From Anaerolineales bacterium (lineage in GTDB: Bacteria; Chloroflexota; Anaerolineae; Anaerolineales; Anaerolineaceae): 64,000 nt of DNA. Of this stretch, positions 19,776 to 29,555 are shown piece by piece. The translations under genes were made by a program, and so were the position numbers. The first letter of the stretch is position 1; the number at the start of each line of letters is the position of its first letter. The notes below the pieces were generated by a model. It had not been told where the DNA came from. It saw only the letters and a list, made by a program, of their open reading frames with translations, and did not search any database. Location: positions 2,518-66,517 of the forward strand of contig JBBQNI010000011.1 in assembly GCA_038329785.1 (NCBI GenBank), in the 5' to 3' direction.

Positions 19776-20819
19776 ATGAATACACCCGAATCTGACCAAA
19801 GCAGCAGCATCGCCCTTCTTCCAAAATTAAGCGGAGTGGGTGGACCCACGTCATTTCAAAGAAAGTTGATGCTCGGTCTCAACAAGGAAGGAATACGAAC
19901 TCATTTTGATTCGCGCGACCCCACCACGAAAGCGCTCCTGGTAAATGGGGGCAGCAAGCATCTGGCAGCCATCTGGAGAGCACGAAAACGAGGGGTTCAC
20001 GTCGTGCAACGCTTGAATGGAATGAATTGGATTCATCGGCAGCGGAATACCGGTATCAGGCATTATTTACGCAGTGAGTATGGTAACTGGAACCTTTCAT
20101 TTATCCGTAAACACCTGGCCGATCAGATCGTCTACCAATCGATTTTTTCGAAGAATTGGTGGGAGAAAAGATACGGTCCGGCACGTGTGGCCGAAAGTGT
20201 CGTCTATAACGGGGTTGATCTGGATTTCTACACCCCCCATGGCGCTCATTTACGACCCAATGATCACATTCGAATTCTAATGGTCGAAGGACACCTCGGT
20301 GGAGGACATGAAGAAGGGCTGCTGAATGCCATCCGTTTGGTGGTCCACTTGAGTGAGAGACTTTCGCAACGCCTTGAGTTAATGGTGCTGGGTGAGGTAT
20401 CCCCATTGGTCAAGCTGCAAATTGAAGATGTCAGCAATGCCTGGATCACATGGGCGGGCATTGTCGAGCCCGAGCATATCCCTGCCTTTGACCGTTCCGC
20501 GCACATCCTTTTCTCAGCTGATATCAACGCCGCCTGTCCTAATTCAGTGATAGAGGCAATCGCGTGTGGTTTACCCGTAGTTGCTTATAACACGGGTTCG
20601 TTGGAGGAAATTCTAAAAAATGATGCCGGCAGACTGGCTGCATACGGCGCTGACCCGTGGCTGCTGCAACCACCTGACATTGCTGCCCTATCTGACTCAG
20701 CCTTAAAATTATTGAATAGACTGCCTTACTACCGCCTGCAAGCTCGCAAACATGCAGAGCAGGAGTTTGGGTTGGAGATGATGATTGCCGGCTATTGTGA
20801 TGCCTTGTTTGCGGAATGA
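19776..20819 (+). CDS. Glycosyltransferase, GT4/GT1-fold family
   Basis: C-terminal nucleotide-sugar binding region FSADINAACPNSVIEAIACGLPVVAYNTGSLEEIL. Follows wecC-wecB on the same strand. Confidence 0.75.
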   Translation: MNTPESDQSSSIALLPKLSGVGGPTSFQRKLMLGLNKEGIRTHFDSRDPTTKALLVNGGSKHLAAIWRARKRGVHVVQRLNGMNWIHRQRNTGIRHYLRSEYGNWNLSFIRKHLADQIVYQSIFSKNWWEKRYGPARVAESVVYNGVDLDFYTPHGAHLRPNDHIRILMVEGHLGGGHEEGLLNAIRLVVHLSERLSQRLELMVLGEVSPLVKLQIEDVSNAWITWAGIVEPEHIPAFDRSAHILFSADINAACPNSVIEAIACGLPVVAYNTGSLEEILKNDAGRLAAYGADPWLLQPPDIAALSDSALKLLNRLPYYRLQARKHAEQEFGLEMMIAGYCDALFAE

Positions 20820-21141
20820 CGGCATCATACGACCTGCAGATATTCGTTGCGCATATCAGGTATAAAAGAACCTCAATCACGATAATTATCAATAATCAGG
20901 TACGCTTATTGCATCCTTTTTTCCATAATTGTGTTATTGTACTCACGCAATAATCCGTAGAAATTTGCAAACCGCGATCATAAATAGGCTTATTAAGATC
21001 CGCAGACCATATTGAATCCGACCTGACGCAGTAATAATTCCTATCAGGAAAAGACATAAACACCTGTCTTAATAAAGGTGAAATATCGAACTCTCATTTG
21101 AACCATCCAGTTGGCCTCTTTATCTCTCGATTTTCATTTCT

Positions 21142-22659
21142 ATGATCCTTGGCATCTACGCCTATACGAAAAGATCTTCGACAGTGGCCCGCGTGTTTAC
21201 CCTTTTAATGTTCTCCACCACGCTCTGGACATTATTTTACTTACTGGGTTATTCCAGTCAAACCTTGAACGGAAAAATTTTCTGGTTACGAGTAAAATAC
21301 ATTCCCAGCACAATCATCCCCCTGGTCTGGTTTTATTTTTCCCTGGAATTCACCAAAAGCACCCGCTGGGTACGCAATCGCTGGGTGCAAAATGGTTTGA
21401 TTGCTTATCTGATCCTAACCTGGCTGGTGGTCTTCAGCAGCAATCTGCATGGCATGATGTGGCAGGAGGTATGGATTGCGCCTGGCCAACCGGAAGAAGT
21501 AGTAATTCACGGATTCTATTTCTGGATTTACCTGGCAGTCACTTATCTGGCATTGCTGATGAGTTTTGTCGCCTATACACGCTTTTTTTCAAAGGCTGCC
21601 TCTATTTATAAAATGCAGGCATTAACCATGGCGATCGCCAGTATCTTCCCGCTGCTGGCCTCTATTTTGTTCTTGTTTTTCAACCTTGATCTCATCCCCC
21701 TGGTTGACGACACCATTTTTTTTATGCTTTTCTCTGAATTATTTTTTGCCTGGTCACTTTTTGGCTACCGCTCTTTTGAGTTAATTCCATTTGCAAATGA
21801 AATTATCGTAAAGGATATTCCGATCGGAATCCTGGTTTTTGACAGAAATAACAAAATTGTTGAAATCAACCCGACTGCCCAAAAACTGTTAAGAATCTCC
21901 AATGATTATGCGGTAGGAAAATCTGCTAATATGGTATTTAACGATAAAGACGATATTTTCGTTATGAATGACATCGAACGTGATGTCGAAACCGAAATCG
22001 AGAACAACGATTCCGGGGAAGTGAAATATCTTAGCTTGCACCAATCGCCCATTTTTAATAAAGGACAGGAATTCCTCGGGCGAATTATGCTCATCACAGA
22101 TATCACCGAGCGCAAAAAACAAGAAATTATGTTAAGAAATTTTGCCACTTACGACGAGATGACCAAAGTTTTTAATCGTCGCCATTTTTTTGTTCTGGCA
22201 GAGAAAGAATTGCTGCGGGCTATCCGTTACGGTCGCTCAATCACAATCATCATCTTTGACATTGACAATTTCAAGCAATTCAACGATGTTTTCGGTCATT
22301 CGCTCGGTGATGCTGTTATAACTCATGTAGCCGGAACGGTATTAAAAGCATTGCGCGATTCAGATATATTTGCGCGTTATGGTGGCGATGAATTCATCAT
22401 CCTGTTCCCGGAAATCAGCAAAGAATGTTCCGTTAAAGCCGTTAACCGCCTGAGGGATGTCATCAAGAATTCTGTCCTGCGTAAGGACGGAGAAGAATTT
22501 CCTGTAACCCTCAGTTATGGAATTGCTCATTGGGATGGCAGGCAGGAAAAAACCCTGGAACAGATCATCCACCATGCCGATATGGCTCTGTTAAAAGCAA
22601 AAAAACAGGGTCGCGACCGATATTGTTTCTGGCCAGAAGATGACATGCCGGTAGTCTGA
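21142..22659 (+). CDS. Diguanylate cyclase with an N-terminal 7TM sensor module and a PAS domain
   Basis: Multiple TM helices of the type seen in front of histidine kinases and GGDEF proteins, a PAS region (PIGILVFDRNNKIVEINPTAQKLL ... ITDITERKKQE), and a GGDEF domain with GGDEF and an RDSD I-site. The frame is open upstream to 21082 and encodes a further helix (WPLYLSIFIS), so the true start probably precedes the first ATG. Confidence 0.88.
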   Translation: MILGIYAYTKRSSTVARVFTLLMFSTTLWTLFYLLGYSSQTLNGKIFWLRVKYIPSTIIPLVWFYFSLEFTKSTRWVRNRWVQNGLIAYLILTWLVVFSSNLHGMMWQEVWIAPGQPEEVVIHGFYFWIYLAVTYLALLMSFVAYTRFFSKAASIYKMQALTMAIASIFPLLASILFLFFNLDLIPLVDDTIFFMLFSELFFAWSLFGYRSFELIPFANEIIVKDIPIGILVFDRNNKIVEINPTAQKLLRISNDYAVGKSANMVFNDKDDIFVMNDIERDVETEIENNDSGEVKYLSLHQSPIFNKGQEFLGRIMLITDITERKKQEIMLRNFATYDEMTKVFNRRHFFVLAEKELLRAIRYGRSITIIIFDIDNFKQFNDVFGHSLGDAVITHVAGTVLKALRDSDIFARYGGDEFIILFPEISKECSVKAVNRLRDVIKNSVLRKDGEEFPVTLSYGIAHWDGRQEKTLEQIIHHADMALLKAKKQGRDRYCFWPEDDMPVV

Positions 22660-22711
22660 AGCCTCTGAACAAGTTATGACAACTATTTGGCAAATGACCC
22701 TCTAAAAGCTG

Positions 22712-24073
22712 TTAATCAGTGGGGTTGATCACATTTCCCATGAACAGGATCAAACCACTTTCACGATCTTGAATCATGAACATAAATGGGTGGTCGAAAA
22801 CCATTTTTATAGGATCTTCTTCCGGCATGGCAGAAGTTGCCCCAACAATTACGGCGGTAGCTGCAGCTGCTTCAGTTCCCTGCTCGTCAACTGCCACAAA
22901 GGCTTTATGAATTACATCGCTGATAAACAAGGGTTGTGCGCCTTGCTCGTATATACCTGAAAAATCGGCAGCTTCCGTGAAAGGAGTGGACATACCCAAT
23001 TCTTTTAATGCCTGGCTGGCGGAAAAACTACCCTCAAATTCAAATTTTGGCAGGCTAAGAAGAATTTCGCCCTGCTTCTTCCCTTCCATTAACTGGCGGT
23101 AACCAGCCAGATCAAACCCTTGCACAAACTGATTTAAGTCACCCTGGCGTGGCATGAGCAATACCATTGCATAGCGGGAATTCACATACGGGAGCTCAAC
23201 CATTTGAATTTCATCGGTGAATTGATAATTAAAACGATTCTTTTGCTCCATCATTTCGACGGTGACTGTTTGATTCGCGGAGATAACAAAATCGGTAGGA
23301 TGGGTAAGGTCTTCATTGAACTCTTTTTGCCAGGTTGCCTTAAAGTAAATAGCATTTGTCAAAACCAGACGGGTTAATGAATCCAATGCACCCGATGGAA
23401 TTAGATCTTTGATTTTGCCATTGGTCTGGTCCTCAACCCAATTATTGATGGTTTTGCGGGCATTTTCAGCAGATTTGACGAAATCAACCAGGTGAATCCC
23501 GGCGCCATAGGATTCAGCAATCAAATCAAGATAGGAGCTTTTAAACGGATAACCAGTTTGACCCCAAATCGCATTGGCAATATTTAATTGAAAAGCGTCC
23601 TCGCGCTCTTTTAGGTCATCAGGCAGAAAATAAAGACTCTGATCCAAACCATTAATCTGTCTGTGAAGATCTGCTTGAGGTAATGGGAAGTGGAGAACAT
23701 CTGCCATTTCGGTTTCGGTCTGGCCATGAGCACCCGCAAACGTCATGGCCAATGCCTGGGTTATGCTATAGGGTGAAAAGAAAAGGTTGGCGTCATTATC
23801 TTTGGAAAGCAGGTGATACAAATCGTAGCCAAACGCATTCATGTTGGCGGCAATACCTTGATAATCCTCGCCAGAAGCATCCAGCTCAATCCGCTCCTGC
23901 TCTGATTTAATCACTCCATTCTTTACCGTGCTATTCGTTGGTTGCGGCGAATCAACAGGAGTATTCTGGGAAGTCGGGTCACCATTGGGAGGCGTTTTGC
24001 TCGGAACAGCAGCACAGGCTGTCATGGCAATTGTTAGCAAAATGAAAAGAGCAAGTTCAAATTTATTCTTCAT
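22712..24073 (-). CDS. Serpin (serine protease inhibitor), lipoprotein-type signal
   Basis: Serpin hinge and shutter motifs (EQGTEAAAATAV, FDHPFMFMI). Lipobox LTIAMTAC. I moved the start to ATG 24073, preceded by GGAAGGAG. The track start 24109 would overlap the upstream serpin. Confidence 0.9.
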   Translation of the reverse strand: MKNKFELALFILLTIAMTACAAVPSKTPPNGDPTSQNTPVDSPQPTNSTVKNGVIKSEQERIELDASGEDYQGIAANMNAFGYDLYHLLSKDNDANLFFSPYSITQALAMTFAGAHGQTETEMADVLHFPLPQADLHRQINGLDQSLYFLPDDLKEREDAFQLNIANAIWGQTGYPFKSSYLDLIAESYGAGIHLVDFVKSAENARKTINNWVEDQTNGKIKDLIPSGALDSLTRLVLTNAIYFKATWQKEFNEDLTHPTDFVISANQTVTVEMMEQKNRFNYQFTDEIQMVELPYVNSRYAMVLLMPRQGDLNQFVQGFDLAGYRQLMEGKKQGEILLSLPKFEFEGSFSASQALKELGMSTPFTEAADFSGIYEQGAQPLFISDVIHKAFVAVDEQGTEAAAATAVIVGATSAMPEEDPIKMVFDHPFMFMIQDRESGLILFMGNVINPTD

Positions 24074-24105
24074 TATTCTCCTTCCGGCAGGCACTGCCCT
24101 GCCCA

Positions 24106-25446
24106 TCAAGCACCAAAATAGACACCTTGAAATAAAATAGCACCACTGACCTGATCACGCACGAGGAACAAAAAAGGATGGTCGAACTTAAGTCGAGGGG
24201 TATCCAACGGTTTCATGCCTTTACGCTGCATCAAAACTGCGCTGGCGGCCGCCGCTTCTGTTCCGGCCTCATCCACATCAATGAAAGCCTGGTGTAGAAC
24301 CTGGCCAATAAATAAATTATTATCCGCATCCATTCTCGAAAAATCAGCGCGCTGCGAGTCAAAAGCAGCCACCATGCCCAGCCTCTTTAGACTATCGTTT
24401 AGCTGAACAGCGCTTTCAATTTCAAATTTTGGCATCCAAAGATCAACCTCACCTTTTTCAGATTGAGCCAGGATTTCATTTAATTTTACGGCATCTATCT
24501 GCACCAAAAAATCTTGCAGCGAATCGCCAACCGGCATCAATATGAAAAACGACAGCTGCCCGGCATTGTAAGGGAGTTCCGCCCAAATAAATTCTGAATT
24601 CGACTGATAATTCATGAAGGTGGATTGAAACATCGTCGCTACTTGTTCAGTTTTTCCATCCAGCCGATAAAATGGTTGGTCAGTTGTGGCTTCAGGAGCA
24701 AACGGAAACTGCCAGGCCGCTTTTAAGTAAATCGCATTCACCAACGCCATGCATGTAAGCGAATCAATCGCACCTTCCGGTACCAGTTCTTCAACCTTAT
24801 TCTCCGTTTGATGAGCCACCCATTGGTTGATATCCAGGCGGGCTTGCTGTGGGTTTTGCGCAAAATCAGTTGGGTGCAAATCACTGCCATATTGGGAGAC
24901 AAGTAAATCGAGGAAATCCTGCTGGTAGGGATACCCTGCCTGAACCCAGGTGGAGTTTGCAATAGTGAGCACAAATTCCGAATCTTTCGAGGTTTCAGGG
25001 TCGCTCTGTTTTGCGATCTGCTGGTCAAGGCGGTTCCAACTTTGGTGGAACTCATTATCCCCCATTTGAATGTTCAAAACTTTCTGTATTTGCGCGGCCG
25101 TTTCATTAGCGGCACCACCATATACCTGCGCTAAACCCAGAGCAATTGAGTATGGCGAGAAAACAAAGTTGCCTGGGGCTTGAGATTCAAAGTGAGTTTT
25201 CATTAACGAAAGGCCGAACTGGTTATTTGCAAGTACCAAATCAGGCAGAGTTACCTGTGTTGATTCTTTGGGTTCTTCACGCGCTGAATTTGCCATTGTT
25301 AATCTTCCTTCCAATGTCTCTGAGGGTTTCGCAGTACCAACAACAGAGGCTGGTTGATAGAGTTGCACGCCAATTCCTGGAGAACAAGCTGAAAAAAATA
25401 TAGATAGGAGTACAAAAAAAGAAAAGTATTTTGCGAGTATCTCCAT
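24106..25446 (-). CDS. Serpin (serine protease inhibitor), lipoprotein-type signal
   Basis: Hinge EAGTEAAAASAV, FDHPFLFLV, lipobox IFFSAC. Paralog of the downstream serpin. Confidence 0.9.
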   Translation of the reverse strand: MEILAKYFSFFVLLSIFFSACSPGIGVQLYQPASVVGTAKPSETLEGRLTMANSAREEPKESTQVTLPDLVLANNQFGLSLMKTHFESQAPGNFVFSPYSIALGLAQVYGGAANETAAQIQKVLNIQMGDNEFHQSWNRLDQQIAKQSDPETSKDSEFVLTIANSTWVQAGYPYQQDFLDLLVSQYGSDLHPTDFAQNPQQARLDINQWVAHQTENKVEELVPEGAIDSLTCMALVNAIYLKAAWQFPFAPEATTDQPFYRLDGKTEQVATMFQSTFMNYQSNSEFIWAELPYNAGQLSFFILMPVGDSLQDFLVQIDAVKLNEILAQSEKGEVDLWMPKFEIESAVQLNDSLKRLGMVAAFDSQRADFSRMDADNNLFIGQVLHQAFIDVDEAGTEAAAASAVLMQRKGMKPLDTPRLKFDHPFLFLVRDQVSGAILFQGVYFGA

Positions 25447-25530
25447 TAAATTCTCCCTGGCTCACTCTTCAGACGAAAAAGAGTTGCAAAATGTTCCCAA
25501 TAATTAATTTGAACCCGCGGCGATCTGGAG

Positions 25531-26055
25531 TTATTCGTTGTTGCCAAAATCCATCAACATGCGATCAGTCCCGCGATTAATCTCCCAGGGGTAAACGATG
25601 TGAGCATCTGTTACAGCTGCAAAGTAATCGGGACGCACATTGCCAAACAAATTTCGGTATGGATTGAAATGTATCACGCAGGTAAAAGCCTGCCCACCAG
25701 CACCAACAACCCGGTTGCGAACCGCGGTGATTGTGCGGCCAGAGCCCCAAACATCATCGACAACCAAAACGCGTTGATTACGCAGTAAATCATCATCCGG
25801 AAATTGGATGAATTTCGGCCAGGCCAGCAATCTGCGCTTTTTCCGTTCATCTTCCATCTGTGCTTCATAGGGGAAATCTACAGAAGCAGTCAGGATAGCA
25901 TGCAACCCCAAGGCTTCTGCCAGCATGCCGCCAGGGACAATCCCCCCATTGGTAATCATGATCATGCTATCTAATTCAGTTTCAAATTGAGGTACAAGGT
26001 GATCAATAAGTTGATCCACATCAATCCAGGTTATTACTTCACGTCTAGGAAGCAT
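25531..26055 (-). CDS. Phosphoribosyltransferase (Gpt-like purine PRTase)
   Basis: PRPP-binding motif VLVVDDVWGSGRT, N-terminal ITW...GG.VPG pattern and C-terminal YPWE, similar to xanthine-guanine PRTases. Confidence 0.7.
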   Translation of the reverse strand: MLPRREVITWIDVDQLIDHLVPQFETELDSMIMITNGGIVPGGMLAEALGLHAILTASVDFPYEAQMEDERKKRRLLAWPKFIQFPDDDLLRNQRVLVVDDVWGSGRTITAVRNRVVGAGGQAFTCVIHFNPYRNLFGNVRPDYFAAVTDAHIVYPWEINRGTDRMLMDFGNNE

Positions 26056-26138
26056 AGGATTTCCATCCTTTTTGTTGGCAAAGTGAAGTTAAATTATAGC
26101 AGTATTTTTACTACCACAACATACAAAGCTCTTTAACC

Positions 26139-26167
26139 AAAAAGCCACGGGGTTTGCCGTGGTTTTT
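26139..26167. terminator. Symmetric terminator-like hairpin in a divergent intergenic region
   Basis: AAAAA-G-CCACGG-GGTTTG-CCGTGG-TTTTT. A-run and T-run flank a 6-bp GC-rich stem. It sits between two divergently transcribed genes, so it terminates neither of them. Confidence 0.5.
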
Positions 26168-26415
26168 GCTAAAAGCTTGCCAGCTCCGATTTTGACCCTA
26201 TAAACTTCTGGAGCCTGGAGTGATCGGGAAAGGATCAAGGGCTCCAGAAGCTTTAGGGATTACCCAAATATTACCCATCTGCTGTAATATTACCATTTTT
26301 GTATTAAATCCATGTCAAATTTTGATTAACGTTTGTGTAGAGTTTGTTAACAATCCGTTAATAATTTATACTGGTGTACAATAAAAACCAAAATTGACTG
26401 TCAGAGGAGTGTTCT

Positions 26416-27690
26416 GTGAAAGATTTAAGTAATCAAATTCTCCCTATACTCAAATCCCATCAAATCGAGGGTATCCAAGCCGGAAAAGCAAGCCTCTTAC
26501 CCTATTATGATGGTCTATCATTAGTCAATATCCCAGGGACTATTTGCAAACTACTCGGTATCAAACCATTCGGCGCAGAAAGCCTATCAGATAATATAAT
26601 CAGCCATTTAAATGGAAATTACGAAAATATCATTTTTATGTTGGTAGATGGCTTGCGCTATAGATTCTTTCAAAATTTTCTTCAAACGCCGCTCTGGAAA
26701 TCCGCATCAGAAAACGCTCTCTTTTCGCCCTTTACCAGCATCACACCCAGCACAACATCGGCCGCTCTGACATCCTTGTGGACGGGCAGATATCCTTCGG
26801 AGCATGGTATTTTAGGGTATGAAATCTGGTTAAAAGAATATGGCATGATTGCCAATATGATCACCCATTCCGCTTTCACGTTTCAAGGCGATATAGGCGG
26901 ATTACAGCGGGCTGGTTTCGACCCGCGGACATTTTTACCGGTCGCAACGCTTGGTCCGCATATGGTAAGCAACCAGGTACAGCCTTTCGCCTTGCAGAAC
27001 ATCTCAATCGCCTATTCTGGTCTTTCTAAGATGCTCTTCCCGGCAGTGGATGTTATTCCATATCGCTCAACTATTGACCTCTTTGTTTCACTTGAGCAAT
27101 TGCTTAAAGAAAGACAAAACTTACGCACTTATGCTTACATTTATTGGGAGACAATTGACACCCTCTCACACCGGTTTGGCCCGGATGATGAGCGGGTTTA
27201 TCGTGAATTTGAACATTTCAGCCAGGCACTGTTGGATTCGCTCACCAGAATCAAGCAATCGAACCACAGTAAAACATTGCTGGTGATCAGTGCTGATCAC
27301 GGCTTTGTTCACACACCCATTCTCGATCATTACGATCTCACCCATTATCCCGATATCAATAAGCTGATGGTGATGGTTCCGACCGGTGAGAACCGCCTAC
27401 CCTATCTTTTTCCAAAGAATGGCTGTAGTGAGCAATTGATCGATTTACTCAAACACCAATTCGGGGATGATTTTGTCGCCGTCCCTTCCGAGACCGCCAT
27501 TAAGCAAGGATTGTTTGGTGCCGGAACTCATCATCCCATGCTGGCTGAACGTCTTGGAGATTGGGTGTTGGTCCCGCAAAACGATGCTTATTTATGGTGG
27601 TGGTGGCAGAAAGAAAATCCGCTTTTAGGGCGCCATGGCGGCTTATCACCAGAGGAAATGTTAATTCCATTCTTTGCAGTAGAACTTTAA
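26416..27690 (+). CDS. Alkaline-phosphatase superfamily protein (type I phosphodiesterase/nucleotide pyrophosphatase-like)
   Basis: Metal and nucleophile region MLVDGLRYRFF ... ITPSTTSAALTSLWTGRYPSEHG, later SADHGF. GTG start after AGAGGAG. Confidence 0.7.
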   Translation: MKDLSNQILPILKSHQIEGIQAGKASLLPYYDGLSLVNIPGTICKLLGIKPFGAESLSDNIISHLNGNYENIIFMLVDGLRYRFFQNFLQTPLWKSASENALFSPFTSITPSTTSAALTSLWTGRYPSEHGILGYEIWLKEYGMIANMITHSAFTFQGDIGGLQRAGFDPRTFLPVATLGPHMVSNQVQPFALQNISIAYSGLSKMLFPAVDVIPYRSTIDLFVSLEQLLKERQNLRTYAYIYWETIDTLSHRFGPDDERVYREFEHFSQALLDSLTRIKQSNHSKTLLVISADHGFVHTPILDHYDLTHYPDINKLMVMVPTGENRLPYLFPKNGCSEQLIDLLKHQFGDDFVAVPSETAIKQGLFGAGTHHPMLAERLGDWVLVPQNDAYLWWWWQKENPLLGRHGGLSPEEMLIPFFAVEL

Positions 27691-27733
27691 CGCGGAACTC
27701 GTCCTATTTGAGGATGAATATTAATTCGCGCGC

Positions 27734-29134
27734 TTATGTCTTCCATTTCAGAAAAGGCAACCATTTTTGGGTTTGAGTGACATACCACATGGCACCCAGT
27801 CCGATAATCGTTACACCGAAGCTGATCACCCAGCCGATATAGGGAATTGCACTGGCGAGGACAAACAACGTCACACCCAGTATGCCAGCTGATAAATCGG
27901 CCGGGCGAGGGTGGTCGATAAACCTGCTTAATATTCGCCGTCCCAGCCAAAATGAAACAATAAATTTACTGACATACATAACCAAAATGCCAAAAAATAC
28001 CGTCACCCACAGCATTACCAACAAAACCAGGGCTATTAAGGAACGTCCCAGCCCTCCCAGGGTAAATAGGCCGAAAAGAAATGCAGAGGCAATAAGAAGA
28101 GAAATTAACAGCAATAAACCAATAGGTATCGTAATCAAACTGATTAACCCTATTCCGGCAGCCTGTACCGGCCTGGCAGCCACCTGAACGGCGGAATTCT
28201 TTGTGAAAACCGGGAAAAACCATAGGGTGATGATGGTTGTAAAAAAAAGGTTGAGCAAAAGCCGCAACATTCGTACCATTCGCCGCATGGTTGGGTTTTC
28301 ACCAGCCCGAGTTGGGTTGCCATCACTGCCAGATGGATCAGAACCCTGAACAGCTGGAGCGCTTTTATCAAAATCGCTAAAAGCTTGTTCAGAATTGAAA
28401 GGTCCGGAATATCTGATTTGCCCACCAATTTCCGCCCGGTCGCTGATTGTGAAGGGTTGAGATAATGGGTCCGGGATTTGAAAACGCATCAAATAGGGCT
28501 TCCAAAAGCGGATGGCATCTTCGTTAGCCTGACCAGGGTCAATTTGCAAGTAGGCGTCGCCTGCCACCTTGCCATCCCAGTGCAATGCTGTGCTCAATAA
28601 ATATAAGTTTCGCTCAATCTTTCCCGAAAATATGGCCTGATACGCCGCAGCATAGATATTATTGGCCACTTGCGAACCAGGTTGCATTTTGATATGGTAA
28701 CCACTAAAGAAGAGATTTTGTCCCACAAATGCATTTTCTGGTAAATCCAAGGTTGCAGATACTATCAATAAATTACGGGCAATATGCGTAGAGAATTCAA
28801 CATTTTGAGCTGTAACAATCATATTGCCTGCAATTACAGCGCCATCCTTTATCGTGACCGTGCGACCGATTAGCAAAGCGTCGTTTTGCAATTTGGCAGT
28901 CGAATCAATAATTATCTCATCACCTATCGCAACCAGCATGCCTTCCAGCTCCCCTTGAATTTGGATCGAAGGTGCATTCAAATACAAATCATTGGCAACG
29001 ACCTGTCCGGCTGGTATTACACCCTCCTGAAAAAGCCCGGCAGCCAAAATTGTTGGCGCGGTGACGAATAGGGTAATGATTAATAGTCCGATTATCAGTA
29101 CAAAACGCAGACGAATATCACCGAACAATTTCAT
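27734..29134 (-). CDS. Membrane protein with an N-terminal anchor, a bactofilin-like beta-helical repeat region and a C-terminal multi-TM bundle
   Basis: N-terminal hydrophobic anchor. About 200 aa of short repeats with G/N-x-hydrophobic periodicity (VVANDLYLNAPSIQIQGELEGMLVAIGDEIIIDSTAKLQNDALLIGRTVTIKDGAVIAGNMIV...). A P/G/S-rich spacer. At least four C-terminal TM helices. Confidence 0.5.
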   Translation of the reverse strand: MKLFGDIRLRFVLIIGLLIITLFVTAPTILAAGLFQEGVIPAGQVVANDLYLNAPSIQIQGELEGMLVAIGDEIIIDSTAKLQNDALLIGRTVTIKDGAVIAGNMIVTAQNVEFSTHIARNLLIVSATLDLPENAFVGQNLFFSGYHIKMQPGSQVANNIYAAAYQAIFSGKIERNLYLLSTALHWDGKVAGDAYLQIDPGQANEDAIRFWKPYLMRFQIPDPLSQPFTISDRAEIGGQIRYSGPFNSEQAFSDFDKSAPAVQGSDPSGSDGNPTRAGENPTMRRMVRMLRLLLNLFFTTIITLWFFPVFTKNSAVQVAARPVQAAGIGLISLITIPIGLLLLISLLIASAFLFGLFTLGGLGRSLIALVLLVMLWVTVFFGILVMYVSKFIVSFWLGRRILSRFIDHPRPADLSAGILGVTLFVLASAIPYIGWVISFGVTIIGLGAMWYVTQTQKWLPFLKWKT

Positions 29135-29555
29135 AAAATAAAATTTTCCTTTAGGGAAGATAACTATATTATCTATTATGCATTAAATGGATCAGATTTA
29201 ATCAATTATTCTCCAGGAATAATACTTGTGGCTTTTACAGGGTCAGAAAATTTTTACCCCTGACCTCGTTGACATTTTCATTCCTTCTGCCCCATTTATG
29301 CAAAAAACCCGGATTAGGCATGCAATATATGGTGGGTAAGCTCACTTCCAACCACACCTTTGTAAACAAAGTGATATGCCTTTAGTGGCAATTCTCGAAG
29401 ACTTCTTACCCCCTCAAAATTCGTCTATCTTAAACGTGAAAATGCCATTTTCCGGACACTGGAAAGATAAACTCAGAAAGAAGACTAGTTGGAAGAACTG
29501 CTAAGCACATCCGTCAAATTTTCAGCGTGCCTTGAAGCTCCTGCCTCTTAGGTAG

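Noticed and set aside
21111-21611. 166-aa plus-strand ORF starting with TTG
   Set aside because: It is an alternative frame over the 7TM region of the PAS-GGDEF gene. The 505-aa frame carries the domains.
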